In this document: positions 51,600 through 63,514 of the stretch, one piece after another
How positions within the stretch are numbered: the stretch's first letter is position 1
How the letters are laid out: every line of letters starts with the position of its first letter
NCBI RefSeq assembly: GCF_006345805.1
Contig: NC_043010.1
Span: 30,008,001-30,072,000 of the forward strand
DNA from: Octopus sinensis
Taxonomy: Eukaryota
Length of the DNA stretch: 64,000 nucleotides
Reading direction: 5' to 3'
The notes under the pieces: generated by a model
Databases searched by the model: none
What the model was told of the DNA's origin: nothing
Seen by the model: only the letters and a program-made list of their open reading frames with translations
Position numbers and translations under genes: made by a program

Positions 51600-51777
51600 G
51601 TTCGATTCACTTCAACATTTAAGTTTAATTTGTCAAAATATTTTCGTCGCTATAAGACCGCGATCTGTTCACTGCGATGCAGCACGGATCACGGATTTTT
51701 GTCAGTGAACAGGTCGCGGTCTTATAGCGACGAAAATATTTTGACAAATTAAACTTAAATGTTGAAGTGAATCGAAC
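51600..51777. repeat. 75-bp near-perfect inverted repeat (28-nt spacer), pLTR-like
   Basis: 51600-51674 is the reverse complement of 51703-51777 with one mismatch. Confidence 0.92.
51698..51748 (+). ncRNA. Type-I hammerhead ribozyme variant with G3:C8 core
   Basis: tttgtca-GTGAACA-G-gtcgc ggtcttata gcgac-GAA-AATATT-T-tgacaaa: 7-bp stem I, 5-bp stem II, palindromic stem III. Confidence 0.65.
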
Positions 51778-52199
51778 GGCTTTTGTGTGTTTCTTAAATG
51801 GCTTATAAACACCTTCCACGCTGCAATTGTTTTCGTTTCAGCACACGATCTCAGATCAAATCACTTGCTATGCAAGTACATCTCCGTAGATTTGTTCCCA
51901 TCCTTTAAATGTTAAGAAGATCATACAGATTTTATCATACCAGATAGCGTGATCATCCGTAGCGTTTGAATTAAGGAGTTGCTTTCTCTCTCCAACAGCC
52001 AAAGTTCAACCATACTCTGCTCCACGTGTATTGGTACGCATCCTCTTACTCAAATAATAATAGGTATAAAAATGAAAATGTAACTTGGGCACTGGATTTG
52101 CAAATATATATGTATGTATGCATGTATGTGCGCGTGCACGCGCGTGTGTATGTATGTATGTATGTATGTATGTATGTATGTATGTATGTATGTATGTAT

Positions 52200-52795
52200 G
52201 TCTTCTTTCTCTTTTTAATTCTTAAGTAAATTTTAATTGGCCACCTAGTTGGTGGCAAGAGTATGAAGGAAAGTATCTTGTTTAACCATCATTCTTTAAC
52301 TCTTAAGATTTTGCAGATTTTTATAGTCTCAGATATCGTGATAAGTCCTTGTTTATGAATTAAGGATTTTCTTTCTCTCTCCAAGACGCCAAGTTCAATC
52401 ATACTTTGCTCTAGACGAGTTGGCATGTATCCTGTTGCTCCAATAGTAATGGGTATGGAGCTGAAAGTGTACCTTGGGTACTGGATTTGCAAGCTTCTTA
52501 TAAATGGTCCATAGATGTCCTCTTTCTCTTGTATTTTTCTAACCACACTCGTTTTCAGAGGGCAGCTCATTTCATTTACACTACAGAACGTATCTTTTTT
52601 CGTAGTCCCACACGGCGATACCTAACCGGTTGTGTTTTGACTTGGTGGTTGTTTTAATTTTAAAGTTCCACCAGTATTCTTTTGACTCATCGATTTCAAT
52701 ATGGTCAGCTTCGTTGGTAGGTATTCACTTTTTTGTTATCCTGTTTCAGACCGTTCTGGCCACCGCATTGTACCTCATGGGAAGATAATATTTGT
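52200..52795 (-). pseudogene. RLE-type (R4/Dong-like) non-LTR retrotransposon 3' end with (TACA)n tail
   Basis: EYWWNFKIKTTTKSKHNR.. and SCPLKTSVVRKIQEKEDIY..IPITIGATG are typical of an RLE domain. Confidence 0.7.
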
Positions 52796-53024
52796 TTCTG
52801 TATTACCCACGAGGGCCTAAACATACAGGAGGCAAACAAGGACAGACAAACGGATTAAGTCGATTACATCGACCCCAGTACGTAACTGGTACTTAATTTA
52901 TCGATCCCGAAAGAATGAAAGGCAAAGTCGACCTCGGCGGAATTTGAACTCAGAACGTAATGGCAGATGAAATACGGTTACGCATTTTGTCCGGCGTGCT
53001 AACGGTTCTGCCAGCTCGCCGCCT
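52795..53024 (-). mobile_element. SINE family C
   Basis: Reverse complement of the 50951-type copy; further copies at 53570-53675, 58130-58312 and 63512-63772 (all -). Confidence 0.85.
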
Positions 53025-54303
53025 TGAAGATAATATTTAGAAGAGATTCTCTGACAGTCGGCGATAATCTGGTTGATGTATGTATGTATGTATGTATGTA
53101 TGTATGTATGTATGTATGTATGTATGTATGTATGTATGTATGTATGTATGCATGTATGTGTGTATGTATGTATGTATGTATGTATGTATGTATGTATGTA
53201 TGTATGTATGTATGTATGCAGGTATGTAGGGATGTATGGATATATGTATGTAGGTAGAAAGTTACGTATGCGATCTATACCGTAGGAAATTTTATAACCG
53301 ATTTGGCCAAGATACATACATGTATACCTGAAAGTATAAAGCATACATGTATACCTGAAAGTATAAAGCATGCTTGTGCTGCAATTGGGTGCTGTACAGA
53401 GTGGGCACCCAGTTGCAGCACATGAATAGAAATACTGTAACTGCAACAAAAATACGAGTCACTTGTTGGCTTTAGAATCCATTGTAGGTCTTATGGTCAC
53501 TGAAAATAAAATAAAATAAAATGAAATAAGATAATTTACCAGCGATGGTCAAACTATTCTAACAAGCTATCGAGCCCAGTACTCAACTGGTACTTATTTT
53601 ATCGACCCCGAAGGATGAAAAGTAAAGTCGACCGCGATGGTATTTGTACTCAGAACGTTAAGACGGATGAAATGCATGTATTAAATGAATCCTTACTAAC
53701 TACAGAGTCACAATTTCTTTTAGCTAAATTGTCTAACTGATATCAAAGGTTATTAAATTGCATTCTGAGGGTAAAATTAGATACATTCAGGAGTCATATT
53801 TATACGACGATAATCGACAGCTAATTCTAGCTTTCGTTCGATTTCTTCCATTCATTATTTTTCTTTTTCTCTTTCTCATTCCTTTTTTCTTCTTTTCGTT
53901 TTTTATTTAACTTCACAAATATTCCCGTGTATACATGCGTGCTTGTATGTGTCAGTGCATGTGTGTCCACGTGCCAATGTATTTACATGCATGTATCTAC
54001 GTGCACGTGTATATACAGACACAGACGTACATTTATTTATAGATATGCATAAGTCTATGTAATTTAAATCTGAATGAATATGCTTAGGTGTGCGTGCGTG
54101 TGTGTGTGTGTGCGCGCGCGTGTGTGTGTGTGCGTGTGCATGCATGCGTACGTGTATGTAAGCACGTGCGTAAACACATACACAGATAATTATGGTTGTC
54201 TTCATGCGTAATTTTCTATTTTTCATATGTGAAATTATGTAACATTTTCATGTCTCTGTAACAGTAGTTTTCGAGATGGTTCTGGGATGTTCGTTATGTT
54301 CTG

Positions 54304-54394
<91 letters not shown>

Positions 54395-54485
54395 AATAAT
54401 TTACGAAAAAAACAACAAAAGACGAAGACAGGTGGTGTACAAAACAAACAGATGTATTTGTATAACGCTCAGGAATAGAAAAAGT

Positions 54486-54521
54486 CTTTTACGTTTCAAG
54501 CCTACGCTCTTCTACAGAAAG
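54486..54521 (-). ncRNA. Minimal type-I hammerhead-like motif (A6U variant) in a short pLTR fragment within (TA)n
   Basis: cttt-CTGTAGA-A-gagc gtag gctt-GAA-ACGT-A-aaag. Confidence 0.5.
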
Positions 54522-54578
54522 GGACACAGAAAAAAAGGAGAGAAGAAAAATGTGTGTAGTGGCTAACGATCTATCGTG

Positions 54579-54644
<66 letters not shown>

Positions 54645-54796
54645 GGCACGATATTCTTGTTTCAGTTTAGTAAGCACATTGACACAGAACTGGACTCTTC
54701 AGTCACTCTGTAGCCAGTTAATAAAAATTCAATTCTCTGCTTTGCGTATTGAGTTCTATTTCTTCTATTTATAAAAGTATATGTATGTATGTGATA

Positions 54797-55035
54797 GGGC
54801 GCCAGGTCTAATGGTTAAGGTGTTACACCCACGATCGCGAGATCGTGGTTTCAGTCCCTGAACCGAGTGATGCATGATGTTCTTGAGCAAAACACTTCAT
54901 CTCACGTTGCTCTTTGATCACTTCGACACATGACTAGTGGCACAGCGTACACCTGTTCAGGCAACGTCGATTTGAAGGATAGAGCGAGGAAATGTACAGC
55001 ACATTCATTTGATCGCTACAAGCACATCATATCTG
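54797..55035 (+). mobile_element. tRNA-derived SINE (family D)
   Basis: ggtctaatggttaaggtgtt A-box, gtggtttcagtccc B-box-like, cttgagcaaaacacttcat. Confidence 0.55.
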
Positions 55036-55174
55036 CAGGCAAGAAATTTACAGAACTGTTTTTCTTGGTGTACGAATGTATGTATCTCTCTCTATCTCTA
55101 TCTCTCGATGTATATATCTATCTATCTATCTATCTATATATCTCGATGCACACACCACACACACACACACACAC

Positions 55175-55231
<57 letters not shown>

Positions 55232-55321
55232 ATCCAAACATGAACAAAGAGAAAACACAACAACGCGAGGACGTGAAATAAGTATAGTCTTATTGGACGC
55301 TCAGGAAAGGAAAGAAAGAAG

Positions 55322-55356
55322 ATTTAACGTTTCGAGCGGAGCTCTTCGTCAGAAAC
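55322..55356 (-). ncRNA. Minimal type-I hammerhead ribozyme with canonical core, in a pLTR fragment (55230-55432) within (TA)n
   Basis: gttt-CTGACGA-A-gagc tcc gctc-GAA-ACGT-T-aaat; palindromic ACGU stem III. Confidence 0.7.
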
Positions 55357-55427
55357 ATAGAAAAAGGAAGGTTCAAGGAAGGGAAGACGGGGAAAGAAAA
55401 TCGCTAACGATACACACGCGGTCACAT

Positions 55428-55509
<82 letters not shown>

Positions 55510-56003
55510 AAACTATCGAGAGAAAATGAAATAGTTCTTTTTGGGAATAGCTGCTCTCGAGTCTCATATAAAGCTATAAATGATAGCATGTAAATATTGG
55601 GTTGAAAAACTCTTGGATAAAAAAAAAATTGAAGGCTACCCGTGGGACTCGAACCCACATTCCCATTATACATAGAAGGCTTTTTACAATTGTTTCAAAG
55701 AAATCCTTCAAAATGCTCTAGACATTTTAGAAACTTTATTCTTTCTGTGAGAACTGTATGTTTTTGATGTCATAAAAATTTATAATCTTGTGAGAGAACA
55801 TCATGATCTTATGAACTAGCTCACTTTATATGCATTAATTTGTGTATATACAATTGTATTATAACGATGAGCATACATATTGATGCAAATATGTACGCAT
55901 ATTTCTTGCATACTGAAATAAATACCACATAATGAAAGTCGCGAAACGGCCAGAATGTTATGGAAATCATTTGGTTAATATATATTATATATATATATAT
56001 ATA

Positions 56004-56040
<37 letters not shown>

Positions 56041-56516
56041 CTCTCAAACTTCCTGATTTTTGGATTTTCAGTTGACGGATACTTGACATTACATTATTTT
56101 GAAATTGATTACTACGTGGACTGATAGCCGAGTCCGTAAGAGGAGCATACTGTGATTGTTACACGATTCTATGAATCTGTAGCTTTACTAGTCATATATA
56201 TCTATGGCAGTTACACTCCTGAATGTAATAAATTGGTGAGGGTAAAAAGTTGTTTTGCCCTTAATTTATACGGCAATAAGAAAATGGAGGGGATCAAGAG
56301 GTGGTATTCATCATATTATGTCTATTTATTTATTTAAAAAAAAAACAATATACATACATATATAACATTATGCTTTATATATATAATATATAAAATATAA
56401 AAATACCAGTAATTATTAAAATATATAACGTAGAACATAGAAAGAATGTATAATATATATAACGTAGAACAGAAAGAATATATAAATATATAACGTAGAA
56501 CATAGAAAGAATAGTT

Positions 56517-56638
56517 TCTTACAGCTGTTTCAACCAAGAGGTCATAGTATCCCACGTTACTTCCATCCCTTCAGTGAAATGAAGTATTTGGTAAATAAGA
56601 TTAAGGTACTTGGGTGTGCCTCTGGGCTTCGTCAGAAA
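56517..56638 (-). ncRNA. Type-I hammerhead ribozyme with 77-nt stem-II loop
   Basis: ttt-CTGACGA-agcccagagg..77 nt..cctcttggtt-GAA-ACAGCTGT-A-aga; 9/10-bp stem II and 8-nt palindromic stem III. Confidence 0.65.
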
Positions 56639-56716
56639 GTTTAGAAAGTTCATAAGGTTAAGTTATAAATATAAATACATACATATATACACACTTTTAC
56701 ATATACATATCTATAC

Positions 56717-56802
<86 letters not shown>

Positions 56803-56981
56803 GCATACAAAGGAATCAATTATTATCATTATTAGGTGTATTATATTATTCTGATTAGATAAAGTATAAATAGAGGAAAGAGAAAATTATCAAAAGAGAA
56901 ATAATAGTGGAATTTAAATAATCAATCTATCTTAAGATTATTGTAGTTATGTAGGAATGAAAATGTATATAAATGAAGAAT

Positions 56982-57167
56982 ACACACACACACACACACA
57001 CACGCATATTTACGTACAAACATACCCAAATGGCGGTGCCCCAGCATGGCCACAGCTCATAAGCTGAAACTAGAATCAATCAATCATAGGTACATACATA
57101 TTTCATGTGTTGAGAAGGAGGATTACTGCAGTAGTTCGTATTTTTCTTTTAATATAATTAGAATTAT

Positions 57168-57206
<39 letters not shown>

Positions 57207-57368
57207 TATTTACGTACAAACATACCCAAATGGCGGTGCCCCAGCATGGCCACAGCTCATAAGCTGAAACTAGAATCAATCAATCATAGGTACATACATA
57301 TTTCATGTGTTGAGAAGGGAGGATTACTGCAGTAGTTCGTATTTTTCTTTTAATATAATTAGAATTAT

Positions 57369-57399
<31 letters not shown>
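56982..57399. repeat. Near-identical ~200-bp tandem duplication bounded by (CA)n
   Basis: cgcatatttacgtacaaacatacccaaatggcggtgcc..agaattatgcacac occurs twice, with a 1-bp indel. Confidence 0.9.
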
Positions 57400-57402
<3 letters not shown>

Positions 57403-57405
<3 letters not shown>

Positions 57406-57531
57406 TGCGATATGTTTTCTATTGAGGGCTTGAGATAAAGGTCAACAATAAGTGGGTTAGAGGTTATAAGGGGTTAACCCACTTATTGTGAACCTTTATC
57501 TCAAGACCTCAATAAAAAACATATCGCATGT
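57403..57531. repeat. Long hairpin, ~57-bp arms
   Basis: acatgcgatatgttttctattgagggcttgagataaaggtcaacaataagtgggtta / taacccacttattgtgaacctttatctcaagacctcaataaaaaacatatcgcatgt. Confidence 0.9.
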
Positions 57532-57557
57532 TTATCTGTATGTATGTATGTATATAT

Positions 57558-57621
<64 letters not shown>

Positions 57622-57627
<6 letters not shown>

Positions 57628-58000
57628 TTAGTTACGGTCCAGTTTAGTCCATTATTACTGAAGATTTGGGTATGAGACGCGTGTCTGCCAAGTTTATGTC
57701 AAAACTGCTTTCAGCTGACGAAAATGACACTCGCGTTTCAGTTGCACAGTATCTCTTTGATTGTGGAGAACGATGAAAACTTTTTGAAAACTTTGCGTAG
57801 GCCACTGAACAGGTATCGCCAAGCTTTTGGCAAAATGTGATGTAAACATCAGAAGTAAACATCAGAAGTGAACTAGAACGTTAAAACTTAGTGCGCATGC
57901 ACAGTAGAGTTGAAGGTCAATCTATGTGAAGCGGGTTCAATCTGCATGTTTTAACTTCGTTACTATGGCAACAGTCTGGATATTTATTGATCAGACCACA
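57622..58000. mobile_element. Rearranged mariner fragment: internal + piece fused to a - strand 5' end
   Basis: + strand IITEDLGMRRVSAKFM; - strand TIR-like gtggtctgatcaataaatatccagac and ITFCQKLGDTCSVAYAK. Confidence 0.6.
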
Positions 58001-58669
58001 TATATATATTTTTTTTCTTCGGCTCTGAGACTCATAAGGCCGTTTCACAGCGTATATGTGACCGAGATCACAACATTTTCCCTGTATGGAACGCCGATCT
58101 GTTGGAGAGTGCAAGGCCAGCAATTTTAAGGCGAGAGGACAAGTCGATGTAATCGACTCTAAAACTTGATGGTACTTTATTTTATTGATTTTTGAAGGGA
58201 TGACAGGCAGAGTTGACCTCGGCAGGATTTGAACTCAGAATGCAAAGAAGCCGGAAGAAATGCCACTAAGCATTTTGTCCGATATGTTAATGATTATCTC
58301 AGCTCGCCACCTTATAAGTATATATTACTTTAAAAAATTACTGATTTGACATCTATTAATTAGAACAATGTACTTCAGATCTAATCGAAATAATTCTTTT
58401 ATTCATATTATAGGTAACAAAGATGTCTACGGTATCAGAACGGAGACTCATCAAGGAAATAATAGTAATGCTACTGATTACTTGGTACCAAGGTGCGTTC
58501 AGATATAATTTTCCTTTTTTATTATTTTACACTTTCTAAAGATTTGCGTTTTTGTATGCTTTACGATTTGGTCATTTTCTTTATTGTAGTTGGAGACAAG
58601 ATTAGCCCTTCCGCTTTTCTTACAATATCCTTTTCTAACAATATATCTTTTAGCATATAAGGTTGGATT

Positions 58670-59330
58670 GATTAGACAGGTCTACAAAATTTGAGGATGG
58701 AAATATTTCTGTTGAATAGACAAGTGTTTCTGAAGAACTTTTTCGTGTTGAATCCAGATATGTCTTTCGTTTTCACCAGTCACATTAGGATCTTTGTCTA
58801 CACACTCACTACCTTCATTTTTCAAAAAAACATGCAATTTTCCTTGATTTTATGTCCTGGTCTGTCTCTGGAGCAGTGGGCTAAATGTTAAAAATGCTTC
58901 ATTAGCACTCTTCTCTTGCAAAGAGTATAGTAAAATTATGACTACATCTGATTTTGCGCGTAGAGAGCTTAATTCTAGTAAAATTTCGGCTAGAAATGGC
59001 TGTTTTTTTTTGCCTACGATAGAGAAAATACAAAAGAAGGCCTTAGGTCGTTCTATTTTATTGATACAGAATCTAACATGGTAAACATTTTTGGAAACAA
59101 CAAAAGAAATTCTTGAAAAATGCTTTGGTCTTTTTATTCGTTGGGATGTAAAATGAGCATAATTTGTTTTTGTTCAGTCACTCGGATCAATTTCTACAAA
59201 ATTTGGGAGACGTCACTCATGAAAAAGGAGAAATAATCCAACACGATATGAAAGTAGTAGAGGAGAGATATGAAAGAAGATGGAATGTGAATATGATGGC
59301 TAATTACCGTACTTAAAAATATCACAATGA
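58670..59330 (+). mobile_element. DNA transposon relic (Sola-like, tentative)
   Basis: 59180-59308 translates as QNLGDVTHEKGEIIQHDMKVVEERYERRWNVNMMANY, resembling the SDExGERFHQDI..E.RYQG.W...MMADYCW transposase C-terminus. Confidence 0.45.
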
Positions 59331-59345
59331 TAATTGATGCTTTTA

Positions 59346-59409
<64 letters not shown>

Positions 59410-59419
59410 GTAATAATAA

Positions 59420-59795
59420 TAAGTAAATATAAGGACTTGCTAATGGAAATTGAAAAAATGTGGCATTTCAGGGCGACTAGAGTACCAATGATTGTGGGAT
59501 CTCTAGGAATGATAAAAAAAGGTACTGAAACCTATTTGAAAATGATACCAGGCTTACCATCACTACAGGAAGTGCAAAAAATCGTGTTGACTGGAACACC
59601 TCATGTACTGAGAAGAGCATTATCGCTGTGAAAACAACATCCATTCATGAATTTATTTATTCATTAATTTTTTACATATATATTGTACCTGTGAATTTGC
59701 CTGTGTAATCTGGGAATGCATACAATGAGCTTCTCTGCCCTAGGTGTACGGAAAACACTCGGCGAGAAACGGAAGAAAATTTGAAGAAAGAAGTA
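59420..59795 (+). mobile_element. R4/Dong-like LINE 3' end inserted in (AAT)n
   Basis: KYKDLLMEIEKMWH..VPMIVGSLGMIKK..LQEVQKIVLTGTPHVLRRALSL; (AAT)n on both flanks; a second 3' end at 63230-63480. Confidence 0.8.
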
Positions 59796-59806
59796 ATAAT
59801 AATAAT

Positions 59807-59839
<33 letters not shown>

Positions 59840-59897
59840 AATAATAATAATAATGATGATAATAATAATATTAATAATAATAATAATAATAATAATG

Positions 59898-59929
<32 letters not shown>

Positions 59930-59933
59930 GATT

Positions 59934-60008
<75 letters not shown>

Positions 60009-60085
60009 TAATAATAATGATAATAATAATAATATTAATAATGATAATGATAATGATTATGATGATGATTATGATGATGATGATG

Positions 60086-60121
<36 letters not shown>

Positions 60122-60262
60122 GATGCAGTACCAGGCATGCCCTGATGCAGTACCAGGCATGTCCTGATGCAGTACCAGGAATGCCCTGATGCAGTACCAG
60201 GCATGCCCTGATGCAGTACCAGGCATGCCCTGATGCAGTACCAGGCATGCCCTGATGCAGTA
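60122..60262. repeat. 22-bp tandem repeat (gatgcagtaccaggcatgccct), about 6 units, at an element terminus
   Basis: Directly visible. Confidence 0.9.
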
Positions 60263-60802
60263 CGAGGCAGTGGCTCTCATGGCTTCTGATCTTAACTGAT
60301 TGGAAGTGTTATCATGTACATTGTTTTGTCTTGGTATAAAAGATGGGCTACAGCAAATATTCTGCTCAATACCACAGATTTGCTTGTCAGTTGTTTGACC
60401 TTAACCAGTTGAGCATGTCCCTTAGTGGCTGACGATATGTGCATCTCTGGTCACGAGCAGAAGTAGTGGGGAAGCATCATAGCCATGTGTTGAGAGGGAT
60501 TCTTTGGGGTTTGAATAATTCACCTCTGGAAACATGGGTGGTTCTTTCAACATCCTTGAATAACCCTTATTCAGGGACCTTTTGAGCAGGATGGGTTACT
60601 CGACCAGAAGAAAATTCTAACCGGGCCCCACATGCAAGGTCATGTGCTGTTTATCTTGATATGAGATCACCATGTCACGCACATATGGTTGTGATGCATG
60701 TGCCTGGTGTACTCTTATCAGACGGGTAGTCATGATGGGTATATTGGGCTTCGTATATTTTACCCCAGTGTCACTTTGATGGCATGAACTGCTCTCTCAC
60801 TC

Positions 60803-60849
<47 letters not shown>

Positions 60850-60930
60850 TAAAAAATGTCCCGATGCAGTACCAGGCAGTGGCTCTCATGGCTTCTGAGA
60901 GGAAGTGTTATCATGTACATTGTTTTGTCT

Positions 60931-60987
<57 letters not shown>

Positions 60988-61004
60988 TGATGATAATAAT
61001 AATG

Positions 61005-61042
<38 letters not shown>

Positions 61043-61043
61043 T

Positions 61044-61121
<78 letters not shown>

Positions 61122-61640
61122 TAATAATAAAAATGTCCCGATGCAGTACCAGGCAGTGGCTCTCATGGCTTCTGAGAGGAAGTGTTATCATGTACATTGT
61201 TTTGTCTTGGTATAAAAGAAGGGCTACAGCAAATATTCTGCTCAATACCACAGATTTGCTTGACGGTTGTTTGACTTTAAACCAATTAGTGGCTGACAAT
61301 ATGTGCATCTCTGATCACGAGAAGTAGTGGAGAGCATCATAGCCATATGTTGAAAGGAATTCTTTGGGGTTTGGATAATTCACCTCTGGAAACATGGGTT
61401 TTCGTTCAACATCCTTAAAATAACCCTTATCCAGGGACCTTTTGAGCAGGATGGGCTACTTGACATGACAAAAATTCTAACTGGGCCCCACCTGCAAGGT
61501 CATGCGCTGTTTATCTTGAAATGAGGTCACCATGTCGCGCATATATGGTTGTGATGTTTGTGCCTAGTGTACTTTTAGACGGGTAGTCATGATGGTTATA
61601 GTGGGCTTCGTATATTTTCCGCCAGTGTGACTTTGACATA
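60250..61640. mobile_element. (AAT)n-targeting non-coding element: two long copies (60250-60802, 61135-61640) plus an ~80-bp partial copy (60857-60933)
   Basis: Shared gatgcagtaccaggcagtggctctcatggcttctga..ccagtgtcactttga; flanked by (AAT)n/(GAT)n. Confidence 0.75.
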
Positions 61641-63045
61641 TCAGAATGGAGTTCGGACTGAGAAAGTGTGGTGTGTTAGTCTTGAAGTGAGGAAAAATCA
61701 AATGTATGGACGAGCTAACGATACCGTCGGAGGAGGTTATGAAACAAATAGAAGAGACTTGAGGATTTTGGAAATGGATAAATCGATGGAGAAAGAAATG
61801 ACAGAAAAATTAAAGGTGGAGTACTTGCGCAGACTGAGACTGATCCTAAAGTCGAAATTAAACGGACGGAATAATATTGAAGTTATCAACACCTGGGCGG
61901 TTTCGCTCCTTAGATATGGAGCAGGGGTAATCGCATGGACAGTAGACGAACGAAACAGATTAGATAGAAAGGCAAGGATGTTGCTAACTAGATATAGGGC
62001 ACTCCACCCAAAAAGTGACACAGACAGACTGTATCTACCGAGAAAAAGAGGGGGGTAGAGGACTTATTGGATGCAAACACAGCGTTAGAGCAGAAGAAAA
62101 CAACATAGCATGTGTTGAAAATATGCCACAGAACCGCTATTATTAGAAGTAAGGTCAGGCTTCTCTAGGATGAAAGATAAAGATAAAGCACTGTACAAGC
62201 AATTGAAAACGAATGAAACTGAAAATAGGTGGGTAAAGAAAAGAATGCATGTTCAATTTCATAGGGATGTTGAAGATAAAACAGACAGAGAAAAAAGATA
62301 GCTGTGGATGACTAAAAGTGATTTAAAACCGGAAACGGAGTCTCTAATCTGTGCTGTCCAAGAGCAAGCACTAAGAGCAAATTACATAAAATATAGAATA
62401 GACAACACATCGGAAAGTGATAAGTTCAGAATCTGTGGACGAAATGGTGAAACCATATGGCATATTACTAGCCAATGTTCGCCACTAGCCCAGAAGGAAT
62501 ATAAGAGACACGACGACAATATAGCCAGGCTTGTCAATTGGACACTTTGCAACAAGTGTGGACTTGACAGAGCAAAAAGTTGGTACGACCACAAACCCGA
62601 AGGCATTATCGAAAATAAAAATGCAAAGATCCTATGGGATTTTATGATTCAGTGCGACCATGAGATAGAGAATAGGAAGCCAGACATAGTCTTAATTGGG
62701 AAAGAAAACAAACTATGCTGGATCATAGATATAGCATGCCCAGCAGACAACAAGGTATGCGATAAAGAAGAAAGAAAAGTCGAAAGATATGACTTGGGAA
62801 GTTAAGCAGTTGTGGTCGATGAAAAAGGTAGCAGTAGTGTCAATAATTGTCTGAGCCCTGGGAAGAGTGAGTAAAAACCTCAAGAAGCACATGGATCAAA
62901 TAGGGGCTGCAATAAGGGTGGAGCACTTGCAGAAAACAGCACTGCTTGGAACCGCTCGAATACTCCGGAAGGTGCTCGAAAAATAAGAGGTGTTACCTTA
63001 GTTCATTGGTAATGAACAGCGTTAGAAGCTGTGCAAAAGCAATAA
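61640..63045 (+). pseudogene. R4/Dong-like non-LTR retrotransposon, 5'-truncated (RT C-terminus, CCHC knuckle, RLE)
   Basis: MEFGLRKCGVLVLK, INTWAVSLLRYGAG, DRLYLPRKRGG, RICGRNGETIWHITSQC, NRKPDIVL..IIDIACP; ends in (AAT)n; 3' end duplicated at 63076-63228. Confidence 0.9.
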
Positions 63046-63180
63046 TAATAATAATAATAATAATAATCTTTGCATTGGAACCGCTCGAATACTCCGGAAG
63101 GTGCTCGAAAAAAAAAAAAAAAAAAAGAGGTGTTACCTTAGTTCATTGGTAATGAACAGCGTTAGAAGCTGTGCAAAAGC

Positions 63181-63227
<47 letters not shown>

Positions 63228-63477
63228 GATTGTCTTAACTGGTACATAAGATTGTCTTAACTGGTACATCACACGTATTGAGAAGAGCATTGTCGATGTG
63301 AGAACTGTTGCTGCTCATGTATTTTAATTTAACTTAAAAAAAAAAAAAAAAAAATGAACGAACTACAGAGTTTGGTTTAATGGCCTACCAATGTATACTA
63401 TGAGTTTCTTTGCCCTAGGAGTCGGGAAGACACTCGGCAAGAAATGATAGCAAATTTGAAAGAAGAAGAAAAAAAAA

Positions 63478-63514
<37 letters not shown>

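Noticed and set aside
54655-54710. Minus-strand ctgaagagtccagtt..aactgaaac hammerhead
   Set aside because: Stem II register is broken and there is no stem III or NUH site; at best a decayed relic
55633-55680. tRNA gene (minus-strand ggttcgagtcccac T-arm)
   Set aside because: Only a B-box/T-arm; no D-arm or anticodon arm
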